DNA of 64,000 nucleotides from the NCBI GenBank assembly GCA_048128005.1, contig JBEUKZ010000098.1, forward strand, positions 1-64,000. The letters are read 5' to 3'. This document shows, one piece after another, positions 1-12,503 of the stretch (position 1 is its first letter; every line of letters starts with the position of its first letter). The notes beneath the pieces were generated by a model that was given only the letters and a program-made list of their open reading frames with translations, was not told where the DNA came from and made no database searches. The position numbers and the translations under genes were made by a program. Source of the DNA: Veleropilina oligotropha (Eukaryota).

Positions 1-62
1 AATAAGACAGTATTGCAATTAAACGAGCAAGTTTATAACCATCATAACACAATTACATTTAG

Positions 63-335
63 AAAGGAAATAAAAGGATCGGTGTTTAATGTCCTGTATA
101 TTTCCAACCATCATTTGGTTCAAAGCAGGACATGTCCATATTATCGCGGGAGCAAAGCCCGGTCGCCCGGGTAAAACCTGCCCTCTCCGACTAAGTTACA
201 GACAACTGTGATTCATAACTTGAGCAAATGTGTCATGTCCCTGCGTGTCATGAACCCACTACTGTTCGCGTCAGCGGAATCAAGTCAGTGATTTCCGGAG
301 TCCACAACTGATACCACACGACTGTCGAAGCGGCC
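63..335 (-). mobile_element. tRNA-derived SINE family 1, copy A
   Basis: Close match to 7446-7696. Minus strand begins GGCCGCTTCGACAGTCGTGTGG with a GGGTTCA B-box-like motif. Flanked by near-direct repeat (T/A)TACATTTAG. Confidence 0.75.
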
Positions 336-501
336 AATACATTTAGGTGTCATGGCCGCCAGGTATGATAATGTATAAAAGAGTGACTCCCAATTCGTGC
401 AACTGACTGCTCTGATCCGTGTTGGAATCCAACTTTGGAACTTTGTACAGTTAACAGCTACAGTTGTTCTTAATTGACTGGTGAGGGCTCCCTCTATGGC
501 G

Positions 502-935
502 TGGCAAACGTTGCAATATTATAGATGTTTGGATTTATATTCATGATCTTATCATTTCTATTCATGATTTTCGTATTTATATTCATGATTTTATCATTTA
601 TATTCATGATTTTATCATTTATATTCATGATTTTATAATTTATATTAAATGATAAGATCATGAATATAAATTATACGATCATGAATATAAATGATAAAAT
701 CATGAATATAAATTATACGATCATGAATATAAATGATAAAATCATGAATATAAATGATAATGTCATGAATATATAAATGATCAGATCATGAATATAAATA
801 ATAAGATCATGAATATAAATCATAATATTATGAATATAAATGATGAAATCATGAATATAAATGATAAGATCATGAATATAAATGATAAGATCATGAATAT
901 AAATCATAACATCTATAATATTGCAACGTTTTCCA
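502..935. mobile_element. Foldback-like element: terminal inverted repeats enclosing opposed arrays of a 21-bp unit
   Basis: TGGCAAACGTTGCAATATTATAGATGTT (502) is inverted at 908-935. Unit ATCATGAATATAAATGATAAG runs reverse at ~533-640 and forward at ~648-905. Confidence 0.8.
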
Positions 936-1390
936 TTAGTATGTATGGCTGAAAAAACCGGACGGCATTGCGTTCGATTGAGAAAATTTCGCAAATGAAG
1001 TGACTATTAATAGGAGTTCGAAGCCAATTTTAACTCGATGCAGGAGTGTAAAAGCGATACGTGCATCAGCATGTAATGCTGCTTTATAATAATTATTAGT
1101 ACGCACACCACGATATTGATGTATGAACAATATATAACCCATTGGGGCACGTTTCTCCATTGTTCCAAGTAATAGCACAAACGCTGTTCTTAGCCCCGGA
1201 GAACAATGAAATTGACCAGGCATAAGTGTTTTTACATGGACGAGTCCACGTTTCATAACGCACTCATGAGACGCTTAGTAACTTCATAACATGCAAAGAT
1301 GTCTAGGAGAAAGTCCGAGTATGTGGACAAATATAGATGTCTTGCTAGCATAGTTAAATTTTGAACTACCAGTTATCAATTAAAAGTGTG

Positions 1391-4203
1391 TTTTTATGCC
1401 CCAACCAATTTATTTGGGGGGGAGGGGGCATTTAGATTTACCCTTGTCTGTCCGTTCGTCTCATCCCGAAAACCAGTATTTGCATGCGAGTAACTCCAAT
1501 CTGATATAACTTCCATCTGCCTTCATGGATTGACTTGATACTTTGTACACTTGTTTATCATCATTCATACTTCGCTTCTGCGACCCACCCATGTCACCCC
1601 TATGCCAAAGGTCAAGGTCAAATGACTTAGCTCTTCGGCCCAGTATTTGCATGCGAGTAACTCCATTCTGATATAACTTCCAACTGCCTTCATGGATTGA
1701 CTTGATATTTTGTACACTTGTTTATCCTCATTCATACTTCGCTTCTGTGACCCACCCATGTCGCCATATGGCCAAGGTCATGGTCAAATGACTTAGCTTT
1801 TCGGACCAATATTTACGTGCAAGTAACTTCATTCCGCCATAACTTCCATCTGCCTTCATGGATTGACTTAATACTTCATACACTTGCTTATCATCATTCA
1901 CTAGCTTTAACCCCGTGCTCCGCACGGTGAAATAGGCCTATTCGATTCATTTTGAATCATGATCATTTCTGCAATATTCTTTTAAGGGACAATATCAAAT
2001 GTTACACAACGGCTCTTTTGTTTTGAAGAGGTTGGTATTCAGCGTGAACACCTTGTTTTCAATGACGATTCAAAAGTAGGGTGGTATAGCCATACCAACC
2101 TACTTTTCACTCTATACCGACCTGCGTCCGTGCAAGACGGCTAAAGCTGATCACAAGCTAAATTGACAACAAAGGAGCTATAATTGGCCGTTGTGTAAGT
2201 CGGTTACAAACCTCGTTAGTCGGTATTCATCTATTTGAAAGCCCTGCTTCCGTGCTGTAACACCTCGACCGCTCCGCGGTCTCGGTGTCACGATCCGCAC
2301 GGGCGCAGGTCTTTCAAATCGATGAATACCTCCAACTCGGTTAGTAACCTATACGAACATCTTTGTAATATATTGCATTTTTTCCGAATCTTATTCTTCC
2401 AATTTAAGTGTGAAGGTGATAAGCATAATTTTAATGTGAAAGCATGCATTCCCCCAATTCGGATTTCCATCGAGAATATTATCCCCAAATTCGTGAAAAT
2501 TTCGTCAATAAGGCCCAGGCATATACATAAATTGTAAAATATCGCCGCGAAAGTTATTTTAAACTAACACATGATATAAGTGAAGTAACTGCTGTAAGAT
2601 CAATAAGGCCCTGGCATACACATAAATTGTAAAATATACACCACCTATAAATATAAAAATTGTTGTCGTGTTGTTTACGCACTTTTGCGTACTCGTCGTA
2701 CGCGAAGTTATCACCAGCGCCTATGCTAAAAATCGTTCTATGTAGTGCAATTCTTGTGATAAAGTAGTGGTATTTCGCTTTCTTTAATTTATGTCGCCTA
2801 GATAACAATCGAATTTGAACAGAATCATCCATCATATTTTTTAAAAATCAATTCAGATATTGAATATCAAATGCAGGCCTTCAATAACCAAATGTAAAAT
2901 ATCTTGTATTTGCGCATGCACGATTAAATACTTGCTTTCGTTCGTGTGGATGGTATGGCTCGAAGCGGACGCCATACATTCGTACACATAATAGCGTGCG
3001 CTACGTACGTTTGATCGTCGCGCCCATTGAACCGAGCATGGACGCTCTCTCTGGTTCTGGGCGAATAAGACGAAAAATTTTAAATCTAAAGTTCTTGATT
3101 TCTTCCTTTCGGTTCACTAGTTATTAACCCGCGCGCAACACGTTGAAATATTTGCTCCATGTTGCTCGTTCAATTTGAATATTTAGCCAACATTAGGTTG
3201 CGTTACCAAGCGTTCGGTAGAATTGAACTTGACCTTTTGCACCGAGCGAACCCAGCAGGAGCCCCCCCCTTGTTCTGGGCGAATAAGGATTAAGACGAAA
3301 AATGTAAAATAAGAAGACATACTTTTTTCCTTTCGACACACTCAGGGTTAGGGTTAGGGATGGCTAAGATCCGTCGCGCGGCGGCTGAGTAAAGCCGGCT
3401 TCAAGAAACGGCAACTGCGTATTTATATATAAGATACTTCGCTTCTGTGATCCACCCTTGTTGCCCTATGGTCTAGGTCAAGATCAAATTACTTAGCTCT
3501 TCGGGTCCATTCTGCTATAGCTTCCATCTGCCTTCACGGATAGACTTGAAACTTTGTACACTTGCTTATCATCATTCATACTTCCCTTCTGTGACCCACC
3601 CATGTCGCCCTATGGCCAAGGTCAACATCAAATGACTTAGCTTTTCGGACCATTATTTACGTGCAAGTAACTTCATTCTGCTAGCTATGACTTCCATCTG
3701 CCTTCATGGATTGACTTAAAACTTCGTACACTTGCTTGCCGTCATTCATACGTCGCTTCTGTGACCCACCCTTGTTGCCCTATGGTCTAGATCAAGGTCA
3801 TATGACTTAGTACTTCGGATCAGTATTTGCGTGCAAGTAACTCCATTCTGCTATAACTTTCATCTGCCATAATGGATTGACTTGATACTTCATATACTGG
3901 TTATCATCATTCATACTTCGCTTCTGTGACCCACCCATGTCGCCATATGGCCAAGATCAAATTACGTTACTCTTCGGACCAGTATTTGCGTGCAAGTAAT
4001 TCCATAATGCAATAACTTCTATCTGCCTTCATGGATTTACTTGATACTTCATACACTTTCTTATCATCATTCATGCTTCCCTTCCGCGACCCACCCACGT
4101 ATGTCGCCCCTATGCCAAATGTCAAGGTCAAATGAATTAGCTCTTCTGCAATTTGCTGCCCCTATGGTCAAGGCTGCCAGTCCCAAGGACACATTTCTAG
4201 TTT
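1391..4203 (+). mobile_element. Non-autonomous Helentron/HINE (DINE-1/pearl-like) element with internal ~168-bp satellite, split by a Helitron
   Basis: Starts TTTTTATGCCCC...GGGGCA then TGTCTGTCCG and ends CACATTTCTAGTT. About 7 copies of the ACTTCGCTTCTGTGACCCACCC...AAGGTCAAGGTCA unit at 1470-1900 and 3435-4170. Confidence 0.7.
1901..3434 (-). mobile_element. Non-autonomous Helitron
   Basis: Minus strand 5' TC(TTATATAT) and 3' hairpin CCGTGC-GGA-GCACGG followed by CTAG. Inserted between A and T of the host repeat (CATTCA|TACTTCGC) with no TSD. Confidence 0.9.
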
Positions 4204-4738
4204 ATGTTTGTGATAAACAACGAGATGGCCGGATCTATCAGAGAAACCACTTTTGTCGAGAGCCGCGAGGCCCGAGACAGGATGTTTTCTCTGAAAGATC
4301 CAACGCCATCGAGTTGTTTATTCTACTTAAAACATTTCATTTTAAAAAAATCACTTGATTTCCCACTCACTGGATATTTGAATTGGTCTTGCTTTTGCCG
4401 CTGACTGCATGGATTTTAAATATCCAACCGCGGCGCCGAGAGACTATATATATTGTTCTAAGATTGGATCCTAAGAATAAACAACTACTAGGAACAATTG
4501 ATGACGTCACAGAATGTTTTAATGCTATTTATTTTATAGAAAATGGCCAAGTGGAGAAGGCAGAATTTGAATTCGTCATGAAAGATGTAAGTATGTTTGG
4601 AGATAATCTTGTAAGATACGTATATCGTACGATTAGCTACGAGTAATTAAAAACGTCAACAAGACAATAGGAATCGACCTGAACCAAACCAACTCTTGGC
4701 GTTCCATTTCCATTTCGTTTGCATGCAATACTATAAAC

Positions 4739-4816
4739 ATGTTGACATACTGTATCTTGTGGGGTTTGTTTCGGTTTATGTTGACATACTGTATCTTGTG
4801 GGGTTTGTTTCGGTTT
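4739..4816. repeat. 39-bp tandem duplication
   Basis: ATGTTGACATACTGTATCTTGTGGGGTTTGTTTCGGTTT occurs twice in tandem. Confidence 0.9.
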
Positions 4817-5500
4817 CAGATAATCGGTGAATGATACCAGAATCCATAGATGGCAAAGAAGATTGTGTTTGGACCTGTCGGTTTTCAGTTGACATTTGTT
4901 TTTTTCTGTGGCATATGAATAAAAGACTTTACCACGCACATTCTTATATAGATATATTTCTCCAGAAATGACTAAAAGTGCATGTAATTTGCATGAACAT
5001 CATTAATAAAATTAGAGCTTCATGTCACACACTTGATTAAACCTGCTGAAGTCGGTGTGTTGTATTGGTATTTTATGTCCAATTTGACACCCTTGAATGT
5101 TCTACCAGGATGCATGCAAATTAATGCTGGACGGAAACTTCGGCATCAGGAAGGAGTTCTTTCGATGTTCTAGTTATGCCTATATAGACTATTCATCACC
5201 GAGGAGGCGAGAACAAGAGACTACGAACTCATACAATACAACGCCTGTAATGGGACAATAATATATGAAAATTAATTTTATTTTCATGTTTCTGTAAAGG
5301 TCATAATATATAAGTTTTAGGTAAACAAAAAGTATACGGAATATATTGATAATTAATTTTACAAAAAATCTTAACTACAAATCAGTAATCCAATAACCGA
5401 CATATTAGACTCTGGTTCTCACTTTCTCACTGTTAAATCCGAAAGCCGTCGACAGGTCTCGAACACTAATTTTAGGGTAATTAGGACACCAGTATATAAC

Positions 5501-5580
5501 GACTAAGGTAAATTGTTATTATAATTTGGCTAAATTGTAATAACAATTTAGCCATATTATAATCACAATTTACCTTAGTC
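5501..5580. repeat. 80-bp near-perfect palindrome (MITE-like)
   Basis: GACTAAGGTAAATTG...CAATTTACCTTAGTC with ~38-bp arms. Confidence 0.85.
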
Positions 5581-5618
5581 TTCGGGGTGAAATATAAGTG
5601 CCGCATAGATAAATATCA

Positions 5619-5880
5619 TTATGTAAACGTACATAATCCCCATAAGGTATCATTGTTGTCATTTTTTTTATTAACTCTACATTTGAAATATATGTATCCA
5701 CAAATTCCTACAGAATTTAGTTTCGCTTTCCTATTTTTCCTACGACATGAAACAAAGTGACTAAATTTATTAAACTGATAGTTTGTTTGAGCATTTGACG
5801 TTTCTGAGATAAATATTATATCATGACTATTTATTTTATTTATAAAATCTGGATTTGACAATTTATGACTGAAACCACCA
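5619..5880 (-). pseudogene. LINE APE-endonuclease N-terminal fragment
   Basis: Translation has KINSHDIIFISET and RKNRKAK...GICGYI, resembling the DI..L.ETW and R..GG motifs. Confidence 0.65.
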
Positions 5881-7445
5881 TTTATATTCCATAACCCTCG
5901 TTCGCGCCGTTATTGCTTTGGTGGACGGGAGGGGGGGGGGGGGGGGGGGCTAGAACATTGACCTCTTGTACAACTTTACCTTCACAGATTACTTTGGTGG
6001 GGTACTCCCTAGAACGTGTCTTCCGAGTTTTTCTTCTATTACCTATTAAATAATGATGTCTCCATAGAAAAGGGTCCCCCAAGTTTTATTCTATTGATTT
6101 ATTAAATAATATATTAATAATACAGTCTTTAGATGTTTACTTTTGTGGCTTTATTAAATAAAAAAGGGTCCCCCAAATTTTGTTCTATTGATTTATTGAA
6201 TAATATATTAATAATATAGACTTTCGATGTTTACCTTTGTGGCTTTATTAAATAATAAAGTCTCCCTAGAAAAGAGCCTTCAGAGTTTAACTGCTGTTGC
6301 TTATTGAATAATGAAGTATCCCTATAAAGGGGTCTTCCGAATATTACTTCTAGAGATACTTCATTATTTAACTGGCAATATAATTAAAATGCGGCATACT
6401 TTTCATTAATAAAGAAATAGAAGTAAAACCGGAATATTCCTTTCAAGGGAGACTTCATTTTGTAATAAAGAAATAGACCTTTCCTAGGGATAATTCGTTA
6501 TTAAATACATTTATTTTAATATTTCTATTGCATTATTAAAATGAAGTCTCCCTCGAAAGCATCTTCCGAGTTGTATTTCTGTTGCTTGCTGAATAATGAA
6601 GCATTCATATAAACGAGTGTTCCGTGTATTACTTCTATTGCTTTATTAAATAATGAAGTATCCTTAAAAAGAGTCTTTAAAGTTATATTTACATTGTCTC
6701 ATTAATAATGAAGTCTCCCTAGAAAAAGAGTTTTACTTCTAGGAAGACTGCATTATTTAACAGACAATAAAAGTAAAACTCGAAAGAATATTTTAGGGAG
6801 ACTTCATTATTCAATAAAGAAATAAAAGTAAAACCCGGAATTCTTTTCAAGAGAGACTTCATTATTAATAAAAGAGTAGAACAAACTCGGAAGACTCTTT
6901 TCCAGGGAGACTTCATTATTTAATGCAGCTATAGAAGTAATACACGAAAGACTCTTTTCTATGGAGACTTCATTATTTAGCAGACAATAGAACTAAAAGT
7001 CGGAAGACTTTCTAGGGAGACTTCATTATTTAAATAGCACCAGAAGTAAAATGCGGAATACATTTCTCGGGAGACCTCATTATTTAATAAAGAAATATAA
7101 GCAAACACCGGAATATTCCTTTCAAGTGAGACTTCATTTTGTAACAGAATTCATTATTAAATACATTTTTTATTTCTATTGCATTATTAAAATGAAGTCT
7201 CCTTAGAATGCATCTTCCGAGTTTTATTCAATTGTCTGTTATATAATTTATTAAATAATAAAGTCTCCTAGAAAAGTGTCTTATAAGTTTCATTTCTGTT
7301 GCTTACTGAATAATGAAGTATCCATATAAAGGAATCTTCCGAGTATTACTTTTATTGCTTTATTAAATAATGGAGTATCCCTAAAAAGAATATTTAGACT
7401 TTCATTTCTATTGTTTCCTTAATAATAAAGTCTCCATAGAAAAGA

Positions 7446-7696
7446 AAAGGGTCGATGCTTAATGTCCTGTATAATTCTATCCATCATTTGGTTCATAGCA
7501 GGACATGTCCGTATTATCGCGGGATGAAAGCCCAGTCACCCTGGTAAACCCGACCAGTTACAGACAACTGTGATTCATAATTTGAACAAATGTGTGCTGT
7601 CCCTGCCGAGGATTGAACCCACTACTGTTTGCCTCAACGAAATCAAGTCAGGGATTTTCAGTGTCCACAACCGATATCACTGTACTGTCGAAGCGG
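7446..7696 (-). mobile_element. tRNA-derived SINE family 1, copy B
   Basis: 14-bp TSD CTCCATAGAAAAGA (7432-7445 and 7697-7710). B box GGGTTCAATCC on the minus strand. Confidence 0.85.
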
Positions 7697-7995
7697 CTCC
7701 ATAGAAAAGAGACTACAGACTATTTTATTGGGAAATTTATTATTTTATAAATCAATACATGTAAATCTCGGAAGATCCTTTTTCTAGGGAGACTTCATTA
7801 ATTAACAGGCAATAGAAGTAAAACTGGGAAGACTTTTTTCTAGGGAGACTCTATTAATAAAGCATTAGAAGTAAAACTCGGGAGATTTTTTTTAGGAAGA
7901 CTTCATTATTTAATAAAGCAATAGAAGTAAAATGCGAAAGACTCTTTACTAGGAAGACTTCAATAATGCCAAGTTTTACTTCTATTGCATTATTA

Positions 7996-8181
7996 ACAAG
8001 TACCACGGTCCGATATGTCTCGCCCTTTAAATATATATATCAATGTATCAGGAAATTCCATTCAATGAAAAACTTTAACCGAAAAAACTTTAACCGAAAA
8101 TGACACGATGCCGACGACGACGCCGCCGACGCCGGAAAATGTAATCCCTAAGTCTCGCTTTCCCTTCGGGGCGAGACAAAA
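7996..8181 (-). mobile_element. Short HINE/Helentron-like non-autonomous element
   Basis: Terminal hairpin GTCTCGC...GCGAGAC, a subterminal GTCTCGCC copy and a (GAC/GCC)n microsatellite. Inserted in an AA/TT of the satellite. Confidence 0.65.
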
Positions 8182-8424
8182 ATGCAGTATCCCTAGAAAG
8201 TGTCTTCCGAATTTTACTTGTATTACCTGTTAAATGATGATGTCTCCCTAGAAAAGGTTCTCCCAGGTTTTATTCTATTGATGTATTAATAATATAGGAA
8301 ACAGTCTTCCGAGTTATATTATGGCTTTATAAAATAATAAAGTCTCCCTAGAAAAGAGCGTTCTGGGTTTAACTTCGGTCTCTATTGATTTATTAAATAT
8401 TATATTAATAATATAGGAAAGAGT

Positions 8425-8657
8425 TGAGTTGAGTTGACAACTTTGTTTTACCACCCATTTGGCAATTTTTCAGCCTTAACGTGGTCGGGACACCCAGTTT
8501 AAGGTTTCATTCCGATCTGACCGACATACATTAGGGATATGCCATCTATTAATTTTAAGCCTTAGAATAAGCCAGGCCAGAGCAGGCTTGAACCCACATC
8601 CTAACGTCCCACATAACGTTTTTCCGACATCCTAATCAGTTGGGCTATCGAAGATGG
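8425..8657 (-). mobile_element. tRNA-derived SINE family 2
   Basis: 16-bp TSD TAATATAGGAAAGAGT (8409-8424 and 8658-8673). Minus-strand A-box-like TAGCCCAACTGATTAG, B box GGTTCAAGCC and (AACTC)n tail. Confidence 0.85.
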
Positions 8658-9026
8658 TAATATAGGAAAGAGTCTTCCGTGTTTTATTATGGCTTAATTA
8701 AATAATAAAGTCTCCCTAGAAAAGAGCATTCTGAGTTTAACTTCTGTTGCTTATTGAATAATGAAGTATTTCTATAAAGGGGTCTTTCGAGTATTACTTC
8801 TATTCCTTTATTAAATAATGAAGTATCCCTAGAAAAGAGTCTTCCGAGTTTTATTTATATTGCTTCATTAATAATGAATTTAAGTCTTCCTAGAAAAGAG
8901 ACTTCCAAATTTTAGACTTTATTATTACCTGTTAAATAATGTATTAAATAATAGTCTCCCTAGAAAAGTGTCTTCCGAGTTTTGTTTCTGTTGCTTACTG
9001 AATAATGAAGTATCTTCTGAGTATTA

Positions 9027-9879
9027 CCGTATTGATGCGCATATAGGCGCATGCGCCAATAAGCGAATTAATGCATTTTTATTGATCGCTGAAAAAAAAA
9101 AAATTATCACATATAGGCGCATGCGCCTATGTTCGAATATAGGCGCTCCCCAATATTCACATATAGGCGCATGCGCCTATATTCGAATATAAAAGCGATC
9201 CAAAATAATCACACGTACGTCTGTTTTAATATTAAGAGAATTATGTACATTTGCGAGTTAATAGGCGGCATTCTCCTGTATTCATGTACACCCCCACGGG
9301 CCATTGACGCTAACCAGAAATATGAGCGAAATTCATCATCGACTTGCTACCCACCCACTGATTACGTATAATATAATATATTATACGTAATCAGTGGGTG
9401 GGTAGCAAGTCGATGATGAATTTCGCTCATATTTCTGGTTAGCGTCAATGGCCCGTGTACACCCCTTACGGCGCTATGCAACACAGCAACAGATAGCTTA
9501 ACTAATGTGTGATCCATTTTGATGCAAGGTGCGCCTATATGTGAATAATGGAAATTATAGACTCACAGGTGCTTCACGATATTCATATAGATATATAATT
9601 GTTTTATTTATGTTAATATAACCATATATTTATAGTTATGATGGGTAAATGTTTATTGGCGGGTTAATTAATGACTATTTAACATTATAATAAAATAATG
9701 AAATATCACCATAACGTTTTGGTCAATTTTGATGTATATATGAAATTTTGCCTATATGTGAAAAATGGTTTTCGTCGGTAAAATTATAAAGTGTCTCACA
9801 TATAAGCGCATGCGCCTATATTCGAATATAGGCGCATACTCACTTATAGGCGCATGCGCCTATATGCGCATCAATACGG
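9027..9879. mobile_element. Tc1/mariner-pogo-type MITE
   Basis: TIR CCGTATTGATGCGCATATAGGCGCATGCGCC at both ends. TA duplication restores the host satellite GAGTATTACTTC. Confidence 0.9.
9295..9457. mobile_element. Palindromic MITE with 8-bp TSD nested in the previous MITE
   Basis: ~80-bp perfect arms CACGGGCCATTGACG...CGTCAATGGCCCGTG. TSD TACACCCC at 9287-9294 and 9458-9465. Confidence 0.9.
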
Positions 9880-10153
9880 TACTTCTATTGATTTATGAAA
9901 TAATGAAGTGTCCCTAAATAAGAGTCTTTAGAATTTTATTTCTATTGTTTCATTAAAAATGAAGTCTCTCTAGAAAAGAGACATCCGAGCTTTATTTCTA
10001 TGGAGACTTCATTATTTAACAAGCAATAAAAGTAAAACTCGGAAGACTCTGTTCTAGGTAGACTTTATTATTTAATAAAGCAACATATAAAACTTGGAAT
10101 ACCCTTTTTCGTGAGAGGCTTCATTCATTAGTTAACAGGCAATAGAAGTAAAT

Positions 10154-11900
10154 TTGGAATTCTACGATATTATAACTTTGTCAGAGACCTGGTTGGATTC
10201 GTTTATAGGCATACTGGACTCTGAAATAATGTACGAACAAGTATACACAACGTACAGATGCGATAGAGAGTCGGCAAACAGCCAAAAACAAATTGGAGGA
10301 TGGCTGCTCACCGGAGTGAAAAATAATATCGTGTCTACTAGCTAGAAGACACGACCTTGAAGAAGACGGAGAAAATGTATGGATAGAAATTGCCTTAACA
10401 CAACAGAAACTTCTTGTGAGAGAAGTCTATATATATGCTCTCGATGCTGTTTTATCTTCTTTTGATCATTTTATTCAATTTATGGACAAATTAACTCAGC
10501 AATGCAGTGAAAGTTACATTAATATCATTAAAGGGTGATTTCAGCTTAGCAGATTAAATAGCATGGACAAAATCCTAAAACGGTAACTGTGAACCGACAA
10601 CAAGGACATCGAACACAAAATCTGACAGGTTATTTCAACTCATATATGAGTTCAATCTTTAACAGTATATTTGCTACCCAACGTGTGAAGCCAATGTTCT
10701 TGATTTAGTATGGATACCCATGGTACATAATATCGTACTAAATCCACAATCAACACGATGGTGATGTGTCGTGATGAAAACAGTCTCCATATGGAAGATA
10801 TATTACTATAATTAATCACTCACCCATACGCTAAAATAGAGTTAGAACTCATTTCTTACCAAACACGTGTCGACTATGCTCGCTGTGGTTTTGGCTGATA
10901 TCGGAAGTGCAATGAGTTATGTCATAAAACTATTTTGAGGACTTCCTGTCGGGGTTATATGAAACTGTTGGATTGTTAAAAAATTCGGGTTGCGGAAAAT
11001 AATGCTATACAACACAATAAGTGGCTTACATTACGAAAATTACGAAAATTTTCGCACTAATACGCCGCAATCCGCATTTTTGATGATAAATTTTTTTAAA
11101 TTATAACCAAATGAATGAGATGGATCCTTTGACAGCGAAAAAACCAATTCAAAACGATCTTATTATTAGTATTAAAATATTTGACCTTCTAAAAAATTGG
11201 TCAAAAAATATATCTTTTATACAAAATCAAAGTAATATGAAGGAAACAATATAATATACTGTGACCTCACGATAATAAATATAAAGTAGTAATATAAACT
11301 TACAAAATAAATTCACCCGCTCAAAATCTTGTCCGATCTGAAGAGATATTAAATGTCCACTGCCATAAAATAGGTTTGACATCGTTTTATAGAGATTTGG
11401 CTGTACGAGAAATTCTACTTCCGCGAGGTTCCTAAGATTAATTTTATTCTAGAGGAATGTGCGAGACTGTAATAGCCTCGTTATGGAAAAACACCTGACT
11501 GAAATAATTTCACAGGCGAGCGTCGACATGTAAAGGTGTCCCTAGATTTAGTATTTTCTTAGGCATTGTCGTCGATTCTGCAGTAAAATCCGACCACGAT
11601 GCAACTGACCGTCCCGAGCGTAACGCGTGTCAATGTAGCTGACAGAACCGTATACAATTACAAGAAAGCTGACTTGGAACATTTTCGCCAACTTCTCTCA
11701 CATTCATGATGTAAATGAATGTGTTGCCTATTTTTACTGTTATCTATGCAGCAATAAACGACTCGATACCGAAGGTGAAAGTCAAGTTCAGAGAATATCC
11801 CCCATGGTACGATAATGATCTGATCAGTGTTCTGCGAGACAAGGAAAAATCAAGAAAATACAAACGAGCGAAACATCCCGATAGTCTGTACTCCTATGTA
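10154..11900 (+). pseudogene. Degraded LINE ORF2 fragment (endonuclease region), interrupted
   Basis: Motifs DIITLSETWL, YRCDR, VLDLV (10696), SDHDA (11590), YNYKKAD and YPPWYD; many stops and frameshifts. Confidence 0.8.
10712..11544. mobile_element. Non-coding insertion, possibly hAT/MULE-derived, inside the LINE fragment
   Basis: Direct repeat GATTTAGTAT at 10702 and 11545 duplicates the LDLV codons. Weak TIR TATGGATACC / GGTGTCCCTA. Confidence 0.5.
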
Positions 11901-12503
11901 ATAGGCAATATAAGTAAAACTCGGAAGACTCTTTACTAAGGAGACTTCATTATTAATAGCACTAGAATTCAAACTCGGAAGTCTTTTTTTAGGAGACTTC
12001 ATTTTTTTTAAAGTAATGGAATTAAAACTTATGGAGAATTCATTATTTAATATAGAAATAGAAGTAAAGGTGGCATATTGAGTGGAACAGGCCCATAACC
12101 AGGGGCAATAATGTTCAGCACGTTGAGACATTTGCGTATTAATCTCTGTATTGGACTCGATGGATCAAGTTACACAAAAACACGCAGAGCAAACAAAACT
12201 TGTTATGTCATTTCACTGATAATATAGATGCGACATTCAATTAAAGCTGTTTGGATATACAGATAGATAAAAGAAAGAACAGACATACTGGATTCTAATA
12301 GGCTAGCCTACACAATTTAAACAACTAGTAGATATATATATATAATAAATAAGTTTATTAATTCAACGCATAACACCAAAATAGGCCTATGATGTACGGT
12401 TCAAATAATTTATCAGTTGGCGAGCAACAAGTTTTGTTCCACTATGTTGCATTTTATTGGCAACTTCCATCTAGCATCCTCACTGTAGTCAATTTTATCC
12501 ACT

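Larger units (their letters stand above)
6000..12070. repeat. Diverged ~59-bp satellite in alternating orientations, with many insertions
   Basis: Unit ~TTATTAAATAATGAAGTCTCCCTAGAAAAGAGTCTTCCGAGTTTTACTTCTATTGCT. Forward and reverse blocks run 6000-10150 and resume at 11900-12070. Confidence 0.85.

Noticed and set aside
713..994. ORF with IIYIHDL repeats
   Set aside because: Translation of the 21-bp tandem array of the foldback element.
936..1256. 106-aa minus-strand ORF
   Set aside because: No recognisable motif or gene context.
1461..1925. Three similar short ORFs
   Set aside because: Translations of the 168-bp satellite units.
3343..3359. Telomere or interstitial telomeric array
   Set aside because: Fewer than three units and internal to a Helitron.
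6000..12070. CRISPR-like regular repeats
   Set aside because: Contiguous diverged monomers with no unique spacers and no cas genes, in a eukaryotic context.
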